Shown: one piece after another, positions 35,456 to 38,606 of the stretch | How positions within the stretch are numbered: position 1 is the first letter of the stretch | How the letters are laid out: each line of letters begins with the position of its first letter | Assembly (NCBI GenBank): GCA_049999805.1 | Contig: JBNGIO010004535.1 | Span: 1 to 38,606, forward strand | Source of the DNA: Folioceros fuciformis | Taxonomy: Eukaryota | DNA length: 38,606 nucleotides | Reading direction: 5' to 3' | The notes under the pieces: model-generated | What the model was told of the DNA's origin: nothing | Databases searched by the model: none | What the model saw: only the letters and a program-made list of their open reading frames with translations | Program-made: the position numbers and the translations under genes

Positions 35456-35506
35456 GTGGCTGGGCCTGCTTTGTGTTTTCCGCCACAGCGCCTTGTGTAG
35501 ATCGGT

Positions 35507-38500
35507 TGTTAAGATACCCGTGTTGAGATACCCGACTTGCTTCTTGGATGGGACAATTCATTCCTCTATACGATGCACTGAACGAACGCTACAAACATTA
35601 TGTCCCTATCTTTGCACCGTATACCGCCGTCCCTTGTCTCTATCTCTATTCCATAGAGTGTCCGCATCTCAGTGCACATCAAGCACGCCTACTTGTTCTA
35701 CCCGACGAGACCAGATTCTCCACAACGAAGCTATCTCCGCAGCAGTTTCCTCCGCATGCTACGCACACCCCAAGCTCATGTTGTCACTCATGGCTGCTGT
35801 GACTTAGTGGGGAAGAGAAGTTCTGGTCACTGATTTCATTTCTGGAAGAATGTCTGATGTATAGACGGGAGGCTACTTGTAGCATCTCGAGGGGTTAAGT
35901 CTCTCAAGGAGACACAACTGTTCAGCTAATGAGTCACGACTATTCTGATCTCGATCGGTTGCAGCTTACATGAATGCATCACTACTCACACACCCCCTTA
36001 AGCTCAAACGTCGAGATAGGGAAATTATTGATGATATGAGAGTCCTAATGCAGAAGTGAACTGAGTGTGTTTGATCTTCGCAAGTGGTTTGGTGAAGATG
36101 TCCGCCACTTGTTCTTCTGTAGGCACATGTGTTAAACGCACCTCTCCACTCTCAACCTTGGAGCGTAGAAAGTGGTACCTGAGCTCAATATGTTTGGAAT
36201 GCTCATGAAATCTGAGATCCTTTGAGAGGGCAATTGTAGCTTGATTGTCGCATTGCAGCTCAATGAGTCCTTGATGTGGGTACCCTAGATCTTTCAGTAG
36301 TTGGGCCAACCACAGGCCTTCTTTGGCAGTAGAGGCAGCTGCAATATATTCCGATTCTGCAGAGCTGAGAGCTATGAATGTTTGTTTCTTAGCTTTCCAA
36401 CTGATAGCTCCTCCTGCAAGTAAGAAGACATAACCGCTTGTGGACTTGCGAGAATCGGGATCACCAGCCCAATCCGCATCAGTCCAGCCAATCAATTTGT
36501 CTTGAGCTTCTGGCCACCTTGGTATTTAATTCCCTTCTTCTTGGTGCCTTGTTGGTATCGAAGGATACGTTTGACGGCAATCCAGTGAGGTGGACTAGCA
36601 TTAGAAAGAAATTGAGAGGTCAACGAGGTTGGTAGAGCTATGTCCAGCCGAGTGTTTTGTACGAGATGTTGGAGGCTACCAACAGCTCCTGCATATGGGA
36701 TTGAGCTCATTTCCTCTACTTCTGTAGGAGTTTGGGGACACATCATCTTGCTTAGTCGAGGGCCTGTTTGCATCGGAGTGTTAGCAGGTTTACAGTTTGA
36801 CATGTTGAATTTGTCAAGGACATCCAAACCATAGTAGCTCCTGATGAAGTGTAAGAGCTCGCTTGGGGTGGATTGTACTTCACTTGAACACCCAAGCAGA
36901 ACTGCATTATTCCATTGTCCGTCATTTGGATTTTGCTAGATACTTCTCATCATTGGATATCATAATCACATCGTCTACGTAGATGCCCATCATCAGCATT
37001 CGGGGACCTACGTTTTTGGTGAATACACTGGCATCCACATTACTCTTGGTGCCTTTGAGAGATCTGTAACATTCTTCATACCATTTCTTACCAGATTGTT
37101 TGAGGCCGTAAAGGCTTTTATGAAGCTTACAGACCAATGCTCTTTGCCTGGTGGTATGTATCCATCAGGCTACTGGATGTAAATCTCTTCTCGGAGTATG
37201 CCATTTAAAAACGCAGTTTGCACGTCCAGGTGATGAACATGAAGGTTGTGCAAAGCTGCCAAGGCTAGCATGAGTCGAAGTGATGTTAGTTTCACAACTG
37301 GGGTGTATACCCGGTCTTCATAATAATCAATTCCATCTCGTTGACTGAAACCCCGGGCAACAAATCGAGCCTTCAGTCTTGAGACTTGGCCTTCGGCATT
37401 GTATTTTTTGCGTAGCACCCATTTGCTGCCCACAGCATGGCGTCCTGGGGGTAAGGATACAAGGCTCCAAGTATTGTTGTCCATCAGGGATTGATATTCG
37501 CTATCCATGGCCTTTCTCCATGCTGCTGCTTCAGGTCCAGCTAGGGCTTCATCAGTTGGAACTATGTTAGGTCGGTCAACTGTGTGAGCTGCTAGACCGC
37601 GTGTTGTGGGAAATTCCAAGTCATGGAATTTGGTGCTGGGAATTCCCTTAGTGGTTCTTGAAGAAGTGCGGACAGGAGGGATAGGAGCTGGTGTATTTCG
37701 CTCTAGGGGGCCATCCTCATGGTTTGCTTCTATTGTAAGTGGGCGTGAGGAAAATTGCAGATCAGGGTTGCTACCAACCTCGCTACTCTCTCCCCCTGTG
37801 AGTTGCAATGGAGGGAACGCCTGTGAAGGAGCTAACAGGGAGGTCATAACCAAATCGGCTGGGGTGGAACCAAATGAAGGATCCGGCGGCCAATCTGGGC
37901 CAAGGTCATCATCCGAAGAAGGGGCAGCCGAAGATGGTAGTGGTGGCATGGGTGGTGCCAAGGCAGCATATGGAGAAGGATCCGGAGCTGGGTTAGGGGA
38001 GGCTGGATTTGGCTGGTCGGTGGCGGGCAAAAAATTCACGGCAGAGAGTCGCTCTGAATCTGGTGCACCCCCTGAAGGGGAGAGGAGGGAGGCTTCATCG
38101 AAGACGACATTTCTGCCTAAGGTAACCCTGCGGGTGGCTCTATCAAGGAGTCTGTAACCCTTCACCCCGTCGCTTTTGCCATAGCCAATGAAAGTAAGTT
38201 TTACAGATCGCTGATCTAACTTACGACGCCCTTGTGCTGGGATGTGTTTGTAAGCCAGACAGCCAAAAATTCGAAGGTGGCTGACCTGTGGCTTCCAACC
38301 TGTCCAGATTTGGTAAGGCGTTTTATCTGGAAGGGTGGAGGTGCTACATCGGTTTTGAACGTAGCATACAGCTGCAGCAGCATCTGCCCATAGAACGTAA
38401 GGTAAGGTATTTGTGGCAAGAGAGCTTCTAGTGGCTTCCATGAGCAAGCGATTTCTCCTTTCCGCCTAGCCTAATTGGGCATGGGCATAGGGCACAATCT

Positions 38501-38527
38501 TTTGATGTGCTATGCCATGGGCTGATT
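35507..38527 (-). mobile_element. Degenerate, 5'-truncated Ty1/Copia LTR retrotransposon (IN-RT-RNase H, PPT, 3' LTR)
   Basis: Integrase AERRNR and GVKGY, RT KARFVARG / LYGLKQS / YVDD, RNase H TDADWAG / KHIELRYHF, in Copia order. Stops at 37170-37172 and 38466-38468 plus frameshifts. PPT TAAGGGGGTG at 36000-35991. 3' LTR TGTGAG...CTCAACA at about 35990-35521. Confidence 0.95.
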
Positions 38528-38606
38528 GACGGCGTAGTGTTTCGTTTCACCCTAAACCTAAAGCTATATATATATATAATTGTCTATACCTAGAAGTAGT
38601 TAGGGT

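Noticed and set aside
37606-38157. 183-aa antisense ORF in the Copia element (and antisense ORFs over kinases and PPR)
   Set aside because: Shadow frames of GC-rich or Pro-rich coding sequence on the opposite strand.
38528-38606. CACTA terminus (gacggcgtagtg) or Helitron end at the Copia truncation point
   Set aside because: No matching partner TIR found in the window and too little sequence remains to classify it.

Overview
Gene-dense eukaryotic nuclear DNA from a seed-free land plant. It is most consistent with a hornwort (short introns of about 75-270 nt and a DYW:KP PPR editing factor), but a fern or lycophyte is not excluded. From left to right it contains: (1) an LTR-retrotransposon PBS/LTR relic and an element with inverted TTTAGGG-rich arms carrying a C2H2 zinc-finger fragment; (2) a predicted 18-exon gene (about 2384-14242, about 3210 aa) fusing a DExH RNA helicase, KH-like and CYTH-like regions, a TOPRIM domain resembling cyanobacterial plasmid Rep proteins, a WRN-type DEDDy exonuclease and a Upf1-like SF1 helicase; (3) a PLS-PPR DYW:KP gene, a candidate U-to-C RNA editing factor; (4) a TDP2-like EEP phosphodiesterase with its catalytic Asp replaced by Asn; (5) a UBP3/4 deubiquitinase; (6) two receptor-like kinases (one frameshifted) plus a truncated duplicate; (7) tandem repeat arrays; (8) peroxidase and ALG14 gene fragments; and (9) a degenerate Ty1/Copia element. 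The fused helicase-TOPRIM-exonuclease-helicase gene is the main candidate for an undescribed system. All exon structures and family assignments come from manual reading and motif recall, not from database searches.
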